NCBI GenBank assembly: GCA_029862925.1
Contig: JAOTWJ010000004.1
Span: 503-64,502 of the forward strand
Direction of reading: 5' to 3'
Length of the DNA stretch: 64,000 nucleotides
DNA from: Gemmatimonadota bacterium
GTDB lineage: Bacteria > Gemmatimonadota > Gemmatimonadetes > Gemmatimonadales > GWC2-71-9
Part shown: positions 1 through 9,467 of the stretch, one piece after another
Layout: every line of letters starts with the position of its first letter
How positions within the stretch are numbered: position 1 is the stretch's first letter
Notes under the pieces: generated by a model
Databases searched by the model: none
What the model was told of the DNA's origin: nothing
The model's input: the letters and a program-made list of their open reading frames with translations, nothing else
Program-made: the position numbers and the translations under genes

Positions 1-1
1 C

Positions 2-2290
2 ATGACGCTCGCCGTCCTGCTCGTGGCCCTCGCCCAGGGGCCGGCCCCGCCGGCCCCGTCCATCGTGCCGGCGCCGGCCACCCTCACGCGGCGGGCGGGG
101 GCGCTGACCTTCGCCGCCATCACGGCCGTCACGGTGCCGGATACGGGCCACGCCGAACTCCGGGCCCTGGCCCGGATGCTGGCCGACGAGCTGTCCGCGC
201 CCGCAGCCCGCACGGTCCCCGTCCGGGCGGCCGACGCACTGGCTGGCGGGACCGTGACGATCGCGCTCATGCTCGACACGGCGCTCGCACTCGACCCCGA
301 AGGCTATCGCCTGACCGTGGGACCGGAGGGAGCGCGGCTCGTCGCGCCGTCCCCGGCCGGGCTGTTCTACGGCATCCAGACCGTGCGTCAACTGCTGCCG
401 CCCGGCGAACCCGGGGCGGCCCTTCCCGCGCTCGAGATCGAGGACTGGCCGCGCTTCCGCTACCGGGGGATGCACCTCGACGTCGGGCGCCACCTGTTTC
501 CCGTCGCGTTCATCAAGAAGTACATCGACCTGATGGCGATGTACAAGATGAACACCTTCCACTGGCATCTCACCGAAGATCAGGGCTGGCGGATCGAGAT
601 CCGGAAGTACCCCAGACTCACGACCGTCGGCGCGTGGCGGCAGGAGACGATCCGCGAGAAGAACTTCAGTCCCTACGTCGGCGACGGCACGCCCTACGGG
701 GGATTCTACACGCAGGCACAGGTCCGCGAGATCGTGACGTACGCGCGCGCGCGGTACATCACGATCGTGCCGGAGATCGAGATGCCGGGACACTCGAAAG
801 CGGCGCTCGCGGCGTACCCGGAGCTCGCGTGCACCCCGGGGCCGTTCAGGGTGGCAACCGTCTGGGGCGTGCACGAGGACATCTACTGTCCTAGCGACGC
901 GACGTTTGCCTTTCTGGAAGACGTGCTCACCGAAGTGATGGACCTGTTCCCCGGCCAGTACATCCACATCGGCGGCGATGAAGCCCCCAAGACGCGCTGG
1001 GAGCGGAGTCCGGTGGCGCAGGCCGTGATCCGCCGTGAAGGACTGGCCAACGCCCACGAGCTGCAGAGTTGGTTCATCCGACGCATCGAGCGGTTTCTCA
1101 CGGCCCACGGTCGCCGCCTGATCGGGTGGGACGAGATTCTCGAGGGCGGCCTGGCACCGGACGCGACGGTCATGTCCTGGCGCGGCATGGTGGGCGGGAT
1201 CGCAGCGGCGCGGCAGGGACATGACGTGATCATGACCCCGTCCAGCCACGTGTACTTCGACCACTACCAGGGCTCGCCGGCGTTCGAGCCGCTCGCCATC
1301 GGCGGCTACGCTCCCCTCGAGAAGGTGTACGCGTTCGAGCCCATGCCGGCGGAGCTGACGCCCGAGGAGGCGCGGCACGTCCTGGGCGCGCAGGGAAACG
1401 TCTGGACCGAATACATCGCGACGCCCGAACACGTGGAATACATGGCCGTCCCCCGCATGTTGGCGCTGGCCGAGGTCGTCTGGTCCCCCCGCGAGCGGCG
1501 CGAGTGGAGCGGGTTTGTGGCACGGCTCCCAGCGCAACTGCGCCGGCTCGACGCTCTGGACGTGCGGTACCGAATCCCGGGCGTGCGGGGACTCGAGGCC
1601 GATCGCCTCACGCTCGCGGACAGCATCACGATTCGCCTCGAGAGTCTCCTGCCCGAGGCGCAGATCGTGTACACGCTCGCAGGCGCCGACGGGTCACCCG
1701 CCCGCACGCAGATCTACGACGGCCCCGTCCGGGTGTCCGTGCGACCCGGGCCCGTGCGCGTCACCGCGCGGGTCGTGCTGCCCGGCGACCGTACGAGCCC
1801 CGCCCGCAGCGCCACGTTCGCCCACACGACGCTGCGGCGGGCGGAGCCGGTCGACGCCGACGCCCTCGCGCCGGGTCTGCGCGTGGCGTACTACGAGGGC
1901 CGCATGAGCCGCGCCGCGCGACTCGTGACGCTGCGCCCCGCGCGCCGTGCGATCGCGCCCGGCGTGGCCCTGCCGGGCGACGCGCGGCAGGAGCAGTTCG
2001 GGTTACGCTTCACCGGCTACCTCCTCGCGCCCGAGGACGGGATCTACGAGTTCGCGCTCACGTCCGATGATGGCAGTCTCCTCCGGATCGCCGGCCACAC
2101 CGTCATCGACCACGACGGGTTCCACTCGTCGGCCGACAAGCCGGGCGTGATCGCGCTCGCCGCCGGCGCGCATGGCTTCGAACTGCTCTATTTCCAGGCG
2201 GGCGGGGACCGGGAACTGCGCCTCCAGACCCGGCGTGACGGCGAGCCGCTGCGCGACCTGCCCGCCGAGTGGCTCGCCCACGCGCGCTGA
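2..2290 (+). CDS. Beta-N-acetylhexosaminidase (GH20) with C-terminal PA14 domain, secreted
   Basis: GH20 motifs RGMHLDVGRH, FHWHLTEDQGWR, PEIEMPGH, HIGGDEA, GNVWTEY; PA14-like end (FTGYL..PEDG.YEF.L.SDDGS.L); hydrophobic N-terminus. The start is at the window edge. Confidence 0.93.
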   Translation: MTLAVLLVALAQGPAPPAPSIVPAPATLTRRAGALTFAAITAVTVPDTGHAELRALARMLADELSAPAARTVPVRAADALAGGTVTIALMLDTALALDPEGYRLTVGPEGARLVAPSPAGLFYGIQTVRQLLPPGEPGAALPALEIEDWPRFRYRGMHLDVGRHLFPVAFIKKYIDLMAMYKMNTFHWHLTEDQGWRIEIRKYPRLTTVGAWRQETIREKNFSPYVGDGTPYGGFYTQAQVREIVTYARARYITIVPEIEMPGHSKAALAAYPELACTPGPFRVATVWGVHEDIYCPSDATFAFLEDVLTEVMDLFPGQYIHIGGDEAPKTRWERSPVAQAVIRREGLANAHELQSWFIRRIERFLTAHGRRLIGWDEILEGGLAPDATVMSWRGMVGGIAAARQGHDVIMTPSSHVYFDHYQGSPAFEPLAIGGYAPLEKVYAFEPMPAELTPEEARHVLGAQGNVWTEYIATPEHVEYMAVPRMLALAEVVWSPRERREWSGFVARLPAQLRRLDALDVRYRIPGVRGLEADRLTLADSITIRLESLLPEAQIVYTLAGADGSPARTQIYDGPVRVSVRPGPVRVTARVVLPGDRTSPARSATFAHTTLRRAEPVDADALAPGLRVAYYEGRMSRAARLVTLRPARRAIAPGVALPGDARQEQFGLRFTGYLLAPEDGIYEFALTSDDGSLLRIAGHTVIDHDGFHSSADKPGVIALAAGAHGFELLYFQAGGDRELRLQTRRDGEPLRDLPAEWLAHAR

Positions 2291-2361
2291 CCATCTGGCG
2301 CCGCCGCGCTTCCTGCCCTACGCTACCGTCGGTGCGCTCGCACCGTCACGGGAGGAACTCC

Positions 2362-4113
2362 ATGCTCCGCCGCATTGGCACCGTCGCCGGCACCAGCGTC
2401 GTCGCGCTCCTGCTGCTCGTTCCATCGCCCGGCCGCCCCAGCGATCAGGCCGCGGTCGGTCCCCGGTTCCTCATCTCGTTCTCCCGCGCCCGCAGCGCCG
2501 AGCCGCAGGACGGCCGGCTGCTGCTGATGCTCGCCGCGGACTCCACGAGCGAGCCACGGTTCCAGATCTCGGACGGACCCACCACGCAGCTGATCTTCGG
2601 GATCGATGTGGACGGCCTGCCGCCGGGCCGGGAAGCGGTCATCGATGCCACCGTCTTCGGCTACCCGGTCGCGAGTCTCGCCGACCTGCCACCTGGTCGG
2701 TACTGGGTCCAGGCACTGCTCAACCGCTACGAGACGTTTCGCCGCGCGGACGGACACGTGGTGAAGCTGCCGCCGGACCGGGGCGAAGGGCAGCAGTGGA
2801 ACCGCAAGCCCGGTAACTTCTACAGCACACCACGCTGGGTGACCGTGGACGGGCGGCGCGACGCGGTCGTGCGACTCGCGCTCGATGGGGAGATTCCGCC
2901 GATTCCCGATCCTCCGGACACGAAGTACATCAAGCATGTGAAGCTCCGGAGCGAGCGGCTCAGCGCCTTCTGGGGCCGGCCCATGGAACTCGGCGCGCAC
3001 GTGCTGCTGCCGGAGGGCTTCGACATACATCCGGAGGCCCGTTACCCGCTCGTCGTGAATCACGGGCACTTCCCGTACACGTTCGACGGCTTCCGGGAGA
3101 TCCCTCCCGATCCGGACCTGCCGTGCACCTACAGCGCGCGCTTCGGCCTCGAGTGCTACAACCGGATCCAGCAGCAGGCCGCGCACCAGTTCTACCGCGA
3201 CTGGACGAGTCCGGCGTTCCCGCGTGTGCTCCTCGTCGAGATCCAGCACCCGACGCCCTATTACGACGACTCCTACGCCGTAAATTCGGCCAACAACGGC
3301 CCCTACGGCGATGCGATCATGTACGAGCTCCTTCCGGAGATCGAGCGGCGGTTCCGCGGCCTCGGCGCGGGCTGGGCGCGGTTCACGTATGGCGGCTCCA
3401 CGGGCGGCTGGGAGGCGATGGCGGTCCAGCTGTTCTACCCGGACGAGTTCAACGGCGCGTGGGTGGCCTGCCCCGACCCCATCGACTTCCGCGCCTACAC
3501 CGCGGTCAACCTCTACGAAGACACGAACGCGTACTACGCGGCGAGCCGGTGGAAGCGCACCCCGCGTCCCGGCATGCGAAACAGGCTGGGACACGTCTCC
3601 GCCACGCTCGAAGAGATGAACCACCGGGAGTTGGTGCTCGGCAGCCGGGGGCGGTCGGGCGACCAGTGGGACATCTGGCAGGCCGTGTATTCACCGGTCG
3701 GCGCCGACGGCTACCCGAAGCCGATCTGGGACAAGCGCACGGGGACGATCGACCGGTCGGTCGCGGAGTACTGGCGGGAGCACTACGATCTGTCGCACAT
3801 CCTGCGGCGCGATTGGCCGACACTCGGCCCCAAGGTCGCCGGCAAGCTGTTCATCTACGTGGGCGACATGGACAACTACTACCTGAACAACGCGGTCTAC
3901 CTCGTCGAGGAGTTCCTCACGAACACGTGGGCGCCGCATTACGGCGGCGAGGTGGACTACGGCGACCGGGCGGAACACTGCTGGAACGGCGACCACACAC
4001 GATCGAACGGCTACTCGCGCCTGCGCTACCACCAGATGTTCATTCCCCGGATCATGGACCAGATCCGCAAGCGCCATCCGGTGGGAGCCGACACCCTGAC
4101 CTGGAGGTACTGA
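2362..4113 (+). CDS. Secreted alpha/beta-hydrolase (putative esterase family)
   Basis: GGAGG RBS before ATG 2362; signal peptide; VLLPEGF..HPEARYP; nucleophile elbow GGSTGG; YVGDMDNY and EHCW acid/His candidates. Confidence 0.8.
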   Translation: MLRRIGTVAGTSVVALLLLVPSPGRPSDQAAVGPRFLISFSRARSAEPQDGRLLLMLAADSTSEPRFQISDGPTTQLIFGIDVDGLPPGREAVIDATVFGYPVASLADLPPGRYWVQALLNRYETFRRADGHVVKLPPDRGEGQQWNRKPGNFYSTPRWVTVDGRRDAVVRLALDGEIPPIPDPPDTKYIKHVKLRSERLSAFWGRPMELGAHVLLPEGFDIHPEARYPLVVNHGHFPYTFDGFREIPPDPDLPCTYSARFGLECYNRIQQQAAHQFYRDWTSPAFPRVLLVEIQHPTPYYDDSYAVNSANNGPYGDAIMYELLPEIERRFRGLGAGWARFTYGGSTGGWEAMAVQLFYPDEFNGAWVACPDPIDFRAYTAVNLYEDTNAYYAASRWKRTPRPGMRNRLGHVSATLEEMNHRELVLGSRGRSGDQWDIWQAVYSPVGADGYPKPIWDKRTGTIDRSVAEYWREHYDLSHILRRDWPTLGPKVAGKLFIYVGDMDNYYLNNAVYLVEEFLTNTWAPHYGGEVDYGDRAEHCWNGDHTRSNGYSRLRYHQMFIPRIMDQIRKRHPVGADTLTWRY

Positions 4114-4116
4114 CCC

Positions 4117-4572
4117 GTGTGGGATCAGCGTTCCGACTACTCGGCGCCGTCCGGATACCCGGCGCCGCCAACAGCGGCACCGCCGGCCCGGTCGGTCTCC
4201 GAGCGGTCTCGGCTGACGACGACCCTGCTCGCCGTGTTCACCGGGGTGTTCGGCGGGCACCGCTTCTACGTGGGCAAGACCGGGACCGGCATCCTGATGC
4301 TGTGCACGCTCGGCGGGCTGGGAATCTGGTATCTGGTCGACTGCGTGATGGTCGCCACCGGGGAGTTCCGCGACGCCCGGGGTCGTCGCGTGCTCCGCTG
4401 GGCGACCGACGAGGAGTTGTACGGCACGGCCGCCGATCCCCACGTGCGGGGGGATCTCGAGTCGCTGCGGTCGAACGTGCAGGAACTCGAGGAGCGCGTG
4501 GACTTCCTGGAGCGCCTGCTGGCCCAGGTCCGCGAGGCCCGCGGCTCGGTTCCTCCGGCGGGATCGCCCTGA
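4117..4572 (+). CDS. TM2-domain membrane protein with C-terminal coiled coil
   Basis: TM2 signature GVFGGHRFYVGK.GTGILML.TLGGLGIW.LVD; tail LEERVDFLERLL. Confidence 0.85.
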   Translation: MWDQRSDYSAPSGYPAPPTAAPPARSVSERSRLTTTLLAVFTGVFGGHRFYVGKTGTGILMLCTLGGLGIWYLVDCVMVATGEFRDARGRRVLRWATDEELYGTAADPHVRGDLESLRSNVQELEERVDFLERLLAQVREARGSVPPAGSP

Positions 4573-4582
4573 GCCGCCGGCG

Positions 4583-4984
4583 TCAGTTTGGCCGGCGGAC
4601 GTCGTAGCGCATCAGCCGCCACGCGCACCCCAACCCGCCCTCGCCACGTTCGAACCCAAAGCCGAGGACGCGCGGGTCGTCCCTCCCCAGCTCGATCGTG
4701 AACCGTGGCCCCATCGGACTCGCGCACAGAATGCTGATGGGGCGCCAGGCACGCCGCACATCCACCTCCCACACGAGCAGCGCCAGCAACACCGAATCCG
4801 CCTGCACGGTGGGGAAGCGATAGCGGAAGGTCCGCAGCGAGTCGAACACGTCGGGCAGCGCGGCGTTGTCGACCTCGAGCGAGTCGATCACCGGCCGCGG
4901 CCGCGGAGCGGCATCGTCGCGGCAGGCGCTCGCGGAAAGAACGAGTGCGACGCTCACCAAGACGGATCCGGCATGGCGTGGCAT
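4583..4984 (-). CDS. Hypothetical lipoprotein
   Basis: ATG 4984 gives MPRHAGSVLVSVALVLSASAC (lipobox-like); the ORF fills the gap between two + genes. Confidence 0.55.
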   Translation of the reverse strand: MPRHAGSVLVSVALVLSASACRDDAAPRPRPVIDSLEVDNAALPDVFDSLRTFRYRFPTVQADSVLLALLVWEVDVRRAWRPISILCASPMGPRFTIELGRDDPRVLGFGFERGEGGLGCAWRLMRYDVRRPN

Positions 4985-5152
4985 GGTCAGAGGGCCTCCT
5001 CGTCGGATACCCGCCCCCACCCGCGGCGGTCACACGGCTCCTAGTGTCGCACTTGGTCCGACCCGCGCCCGCGATGGCAGGCAACAACATGGCGGTTGTC
5101 GGTCCCGGCCCGCACATTTCCCGGAGATCGTTCACCTTCCTGGCGGCGACCC

Positions 5153-6064
5153 TTGACCGCACCCACGCTCCGGCGCTACGCCGTGTTGTCGATCTCCACG
5201 GCCGTTCTCACGATCGGCCTCAAGGCCACTGCCTACGCGCTCACCGGCTCGGTGGGACTCCTGTCAGACGCGCTCGAGAGCGGGGTCAACCTGCTCGCCG
5301 CCGTCGTGGCCCTGCTCGCCCTCTGGGTGGCGGCGCAGCCGGAAGACGAGGAACATGCATACGGCCATAACAAGGCCGAGTACTTCTCCAGCGGGTTCGA
5401 GGGCGGTCTGATCCTGGTCGCGGCGGTGAGCATCGCCTACGCGGCCACGCGTCGGCTGCTCGATCCCCATCCGATCGACCAGGCCGGCCCCGCCCTGGCC
5501 CTCGCCGCGGTCGCCGCCGGCGTGAACTTGGCCGTCGCCCGCGTGCTCGCCACGGCGGGCCGGCGCCATGAGTCCATCGCGCTCGAAGCGGACGCGCACC
5601 ACCTGATGGCCGACGTGTGGACGTCGGTCGCCGTGATCGCGGGCGTCGGCCTCGCGGCCGCTACCGGCTGGACCATGCTCGATCCGCTAGTGGCCTTCAT
5701 CGTGGCGGCCAACATCGTGCGGATCGGACTGGATCTGCTGCGTCGCTCCGCCCTGGGACTGCTGGACACGGCGCTCCCGGAGCCGCTGCGCCAGGAGATC
5801 GTCGCCACGCTCGAGGCCCACCGCGGCGCGGGCCTGCAGTATCACGCCCTGCGCACGCGCCAAGCCGGTCGCTGGCGGTTCATCTCCTTCCACGTGCTGG
5901 TGCCGGGCGACTGGTCCGTCCAGCGGGGGCACGACGTGCTCGAGCAGATCGAGGAAGAGGTGCGCACCCGGGTACCCCACAGCACCGTGTTCACACACCT
6001 GGAGCCGATCGAGGATCCGTTGTCCTTCGAGGACCAGCGTCTCGAGCGGGAGCGCGACGCCTAG
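5153..6064 (+). CDS. Cation diffusion facilitator (FieF/YiiP-like) transporter
   Basis: [36 protein letters not shown]-terminal HLEP. The start (TTG 5153) is uncertain; the ORF is open from 5096. Confidence 0.9.
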   Translation: MTAPTLRRYAVLSISTAVLTIGLKATAYALTGSVGLLSDALESGVNLLAAVVALLALWVAAQPEDEEHAYGHNKAEYFSSGFEGGLILVAAVSIAYAATRRLLDPHPIDQAGPALALAAVAAGVNLAVARVLATAGRRHESIALEADAHHLMADVWTSVAVIAGVGLAAATGWTMLDPLVAFIVAANIVRIGLDLLRRSALGLLDTALPEPLRQEIVATLEAHRGAGLQYHALRTRQAGRWRFISFHVLVPGDWSVQRGHDVLEQIEEEVRTRVPHSTVFTHLEPIEDPLSFEDQRLERERDA

Positions 6065-6065
6065 C

Positions 6066-6902
6066 ATGAGCCCGTCACACTACGGATGGGCGACGCTCGC
6101 CATCGCGTTCCTCGCGGGGTGCGGCGAGTCCGTGGCCCCGTTCGACGGAGTCCACGACTTCGAGCTGCGGTTTGACGTCGGGCAGACCGTGCGGTCGGCC
6201 GTCGTGCACGTGCCGCCGAGTTACGACGGCTCCCGTGCCGTGCCCCTCGTGCTCGCCTTCCACGGTGCCGGCATGACGGGCGCCCAGATGCAGGACTTCT
6301 CGGGGCTCGACGACCCGGCCGATCGCCTGGGCTTCGTCGTGGTGTATCCCAATGGGGCCCCCGACTGGGAGGCGGCGGAAGCGGACGACCTCCCGTTCGC
6401 CCGTGCGCTGATCGAGCGCCTTGGGGATCGGCTGCGCATCGGGCGAACCTACGCGACCGGGTTCTCGCGCGGCGGTTTCTTCACGATGCGCCTGGCCTGC
6501 GAGGAGTCGCGCCGCTTCGCGGCCGTCGGGATCGTCGCCGCCACGATGCCGGCCGACCTGGCGGCGACCTGCAATCCGGCGACCCGTATCCCCACGCTCC
6601 TCATGGTCGGCACGCTGGATCTCCTCGTTCCCATTGACGGCGACAGCGCGAGCGGGCGGCTCTCGGCCGATTCGACGATCCGGCTGTTCGCGCGCCGCAA
6701 CGGATGCAACCTGCAAACGCCGTCCGTGGGTTACCTGCCCGATACCGCCGCCGACAACCGCCGCATTCGCTTCGAGCGCTACCTCGACTGCGGCGCGGAG
6801 ACGATTCTGTACGTGGTGGAAGGGGGAAACCACACCTGGTTCGGCGGCGACGCTGATGCAGGTTGGTTGATCGGGGCGTTTTTCCTGAGCGGAGGGCGGT
6901 GA
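6066..6902 (+). CDS. LpqC/PHB-depolymerase-family esterase, lipoprotein
   Basis: Lipobox FLAGC; PLVLAFHGAG, GFVVVYPNG, GFSRGG, GTLD..VP; the His position reads GGNHTW. Confidence 0.85.
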   Translation: MSPSHYGWATLAIAFLAGCGESVAPFDGVHDFELRFDVGQTVRSAVVHVPPSYDGSRAVPLVLAFHGAGMTGAQMQDFSGLDDPADRLGFVVVYPNGAPDWEAAEADDLPFARALIERLGDRLRIGRTYATGFSRGGFFTMRLACEESRRFAAVGIVAATMPADLAATCNPATRIPTLLMVGTLDLLVPIDGDSASGRLSADSTIRLFARRNGCNLQTPSVGYLPDTAADNRRIRFERYLDCGAETILYVVEGGNHTWFGGDADAGWLIGAFFLSGGR

Positions 6903-6936
6903 CCGCGGCACGTGCCTGTGGCGCCGGCTGACCTTC

Positions 6937-7851
6937 TCAGGGCGCCGTTTTCTCCCCGGCAATCACCTGGAGTGCCGCCGGCATCACGGTGATCGTCACC
7001 GTGGCTGCCGGGAACACCTCGCCATCGAGATCGAACGCCGGGAATCCCGGTGCCGGCTCCAGCGTCACGGTTCGGCCGCGACTCGCCCGGACGAACGACA
7101 GCCGCACATGGGAGCCGCGATAGATCTGTGGGAGTCGGAAGGGCAGCGCCCATCGCGCTACGGGTTGTACCAGCACGACGTCGGCGAGGCCATCGTCCAC
7201 GCGCGCGTCCGGCGCCACCCGCATGCCGCGCCCGAAACACGGCCCGTTGGCCACGGCGACGAGCAGCACCGGTCCGTTGTGCCAGGGCTCGCCGTCCACG
7301 CTGACCCGACACGGGGCCGGCCGATAGCGGAACACGGCACCCAGCGTCGCCCCGAGGTAGGACAGGGTGGTGCGACGAGGGAGCGCGTTGACCGCCTCAT
7401 CTACCAGCCCCGAGATCCCGGCGGACGCCACGTTCAGCACATGCCGCCGACGGCCGTCCACCGTTTCGAGTCGGAGCACGTCCAGGGGGCGCGCCGCTCC
7501 GTCACAGGCCAGCCGGGCGGCGCGATCGGCGTGCGTCGGGATCCGCAGGGTGCGCGCCAGATCCGAGCCGGTGCCCGCCGGCAGCACCGCGAGGGCCGGC
7601 CGCCGGGCGGCTGGCTGCTCGAGCACGACGTTCGCCACGAGATGCATCGTCCCGTCACCGCCCACGACGAGCACGCGATCGACCGGCTGACGCAGCGCGT
7701 CGGCCAGGGCCGCCGCTGCTCGGTCGCGGTCGGCCACACAGATGACGACGGCGTCGCGCAGCCGCGCCTGCCCGCCCCGCACGGCCTCCCAGACCTCCGC
7801 CGTGCGGCCGCGCCCGGAGCGCGGATTCACGAACACCACTATGCCGCTCAC
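6937..7851 (-). CDS. Diacylglycerol/lipid kinase family protein (YegS/Rv2252/BmrU-like)
   Basis: VNPRSGRG, VGGDGT, LPAGTGSDLAR, NGPCFGRG, DLDGE; GTG 7851 overlaps the glpD stop (GTGA). Confidence 0.9.
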   Translation of the reverse strand: MSGIVVFVNPRSGRGRTAEVWEAVRGGQARLRDAVVICVADRDRAAAALADALRQPVDRVLVVGGDGTMHLVANVVLEQPAARRPALAVLPAGTGSDLARTLRIPTHADRAARLACDGAARPLDVLRLETVDGRRRHVLNVASAGISGLVDEAVNALPRRTTLSYLGATLGAVFRYRPAPCRVSVDGEPWHNGPVLLVAVANGPCFGRGMRVAPDARVDDGLADVVLVQPVARWALPFRLPQIYRGSHVRLSFVRASRGRTVTLEPAPGFPAFDLDGEVFPAATVTITVMPAALQVIAGEKTAP

Positions 7852-9464
7852 CGCACGCCCTCCGGCGTCCACGCCGCCAGCGCCCAGTGGAACGCCTCCT
7901 CCTCGGTATCCCACCGGCCACTCGTCCATCCCAGCTCCTCGGCAAACAGCGGCCGCAGGGTCGGGACGAGTGCCCGCGCCACCTGCGGATTCCACAGTCC
8001 CACCCGCACGCGGCGCAGCAGGAAATCTTCCAGCCGCAGCACGGCACCGAAGCGCAGGTGCACTCGTACCTCCGCCGCCGTGAGGTCGACGTCCTCGGCG
8101 ATCGGCTCGAGCTCGCGGGCGTCCCGCGCGAGGCGCGGCACCCACCAAACCAGGGCACGGAGCCGACGGGCCATCGCCGCCGCGATCGGACCCGCCACGG
8201 CCGTTTCCGCCCGGAGTCGATCGGCGAGGTCGGGCGGCGCCGTGCCCGCGAGCGGCGTACCCTCGGTGTGGCACTGGGCCGCGATCGTGGCCCGGTCTTC
8301 CGGCAGGTGGCGCACCGCCTCGTCCACGACCTCCGCAGCGGTCACCCGCCACGTCGTGAGCTTGCCCCCCGCCACCGACAGCAACCCCCGCTCTTCCCAG
8401 ATGTCCTCTTCACGGCTCGCTTCCGAAGGGTTTTCCGCATGCGTGTCGAGGATCGGGCGCAGTCCGGCGAAGGCCCCGACCACGTCCCGCTCCGTCACGT
8501 CCCGCCCCGGGAACCGTTCGCGTACCGCGCGCAGCAGGTAGGCGACTTCGCCGCGGGTAGCTCGCGGGTCGTCGAGCGGCCCCTCGTGGTAGAGATCCGT
8601 CGTCCCAATCAGGACCCCCTCGGGATGCGGGACCAGAAACACCGGGCGGCCATCGTCGGGCGACGGCAGGGTGACCGCCGCGGCCAGCGGCAGCGTGCGC
8701 CGTGACACGATGACATGCGACCCGCGGGACGGGCGCACGTGGCGTCCGGCCAGTCCGAACGCGTCGCGCACCTTATCGACCCATACGCCCGCGGCGTTGA
8801 CCACGACGTGGGCCCGAACCCGGTGCGTGCGCCCGCTCTCCACATCCCGCACCACGACCCCGGCAATGCGCTCGCCGTCGATCAGCGGCTCGAGCGCCTC
8901 GGCCCGGGTCAGCATGAGCCCGCCGAACGCGAACCCCGTGGCCGCCACCGCCAGGGTCAGCGCGGCGTCGTCCGCGACCGCGTCCGTGTACACCATCGCG
9001 CGCTCGAGACCGTCCAGAGAGATCCCCGGTGCCAGCGCGGCCAGTTCATCGGGCGTGATGTGCGTGTGCCGCTGCGGCTGCGTCGTCAGCCGATCGTACA
9101 TCCACAGCCCGAGATCCACGGTCCAGCCCGGCACGCGGTCCGCTTCCAACGCCGGATAGAGAAACCGGATCGGACGGACCAGATGCCGATCAAGCGTCAG
9201 CATGCGGTCGCGCTCGCGACAGGCGAGGCGCGTGATCCGAAACTGCATCTGCTTGAGATAGCGAAGCCCCCCGTGAATCAACTTGGAGGAGCGCGACGAC
9301 GTCCCTGACGCGATATCGTGCCGCTCGAGCAGCAGCACGCGCAGGCCCCGTTGCGCCGCATCCAGCAGAATACCGGCACCGGTGATGCCGCCACCGATCA
9401 CCACCAGGTCGAATAGATCGGTGAGGGACGCCACGGCGCGGGGGCGCCATCCGGCATGGAACAT
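7848..9464 (-). CDS. glpD: FAD-dependent glycerol-3-phosphate dehydrogenase/oxidase
   Basis: DLVVIGGGITGAG, GTSSRSSKLIHGGLRYL, VNAAGVW.D, IGTTD, AGLRP, GGKLTT.R. Confidence 0.88.
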   Translation of the reverse strand: MFHAGWRPRAVASLTDLFDLVVIGGGITGAGILLDAAQRGLRVLLLERHDIASGTSSRSSKLIHGGLRYLKQMQFRITRLACRERDRMLTLDRHLVRPIRFLYPALEADRVPGWTVDLGLWMYDRLTTQPQRHTHITPDELAALAPGISLDGLERAMVYTDAVADDAALTLAVAATGFAFGGLMLTRAEALEPLIDGERIAGVVVRDVESGRTHRVRAHVVVNAAGVWVDKVRDAFGLAGRHVRPSRGSHVIVSRRTLPLAAAVTLPSPDDGRPVFLVPHPEGVLIGTTDLYHEGPLDDPRATRGEVAYLLRAVRERFPGRDVTERDVVGAFAGLRPILDTHAENPSEASREEDIWEERGLLSVAGGKLTTWRVTAAEVVDEAVRHLPEDRATIAAQCHTEGTPLAGTAPPDLADRLRAETAVAGPIAAAMARRLRALVWWVPRLARDARELEPIAEDVDLTAAEVRVHLRFGAVLRLEDFLLRRVRVGLWNPQVARALVPTLRPLFAEELGWTSGRWDTEEEAFHWALAAWTPEGVR

Positions 9465-9467
9465 CGG

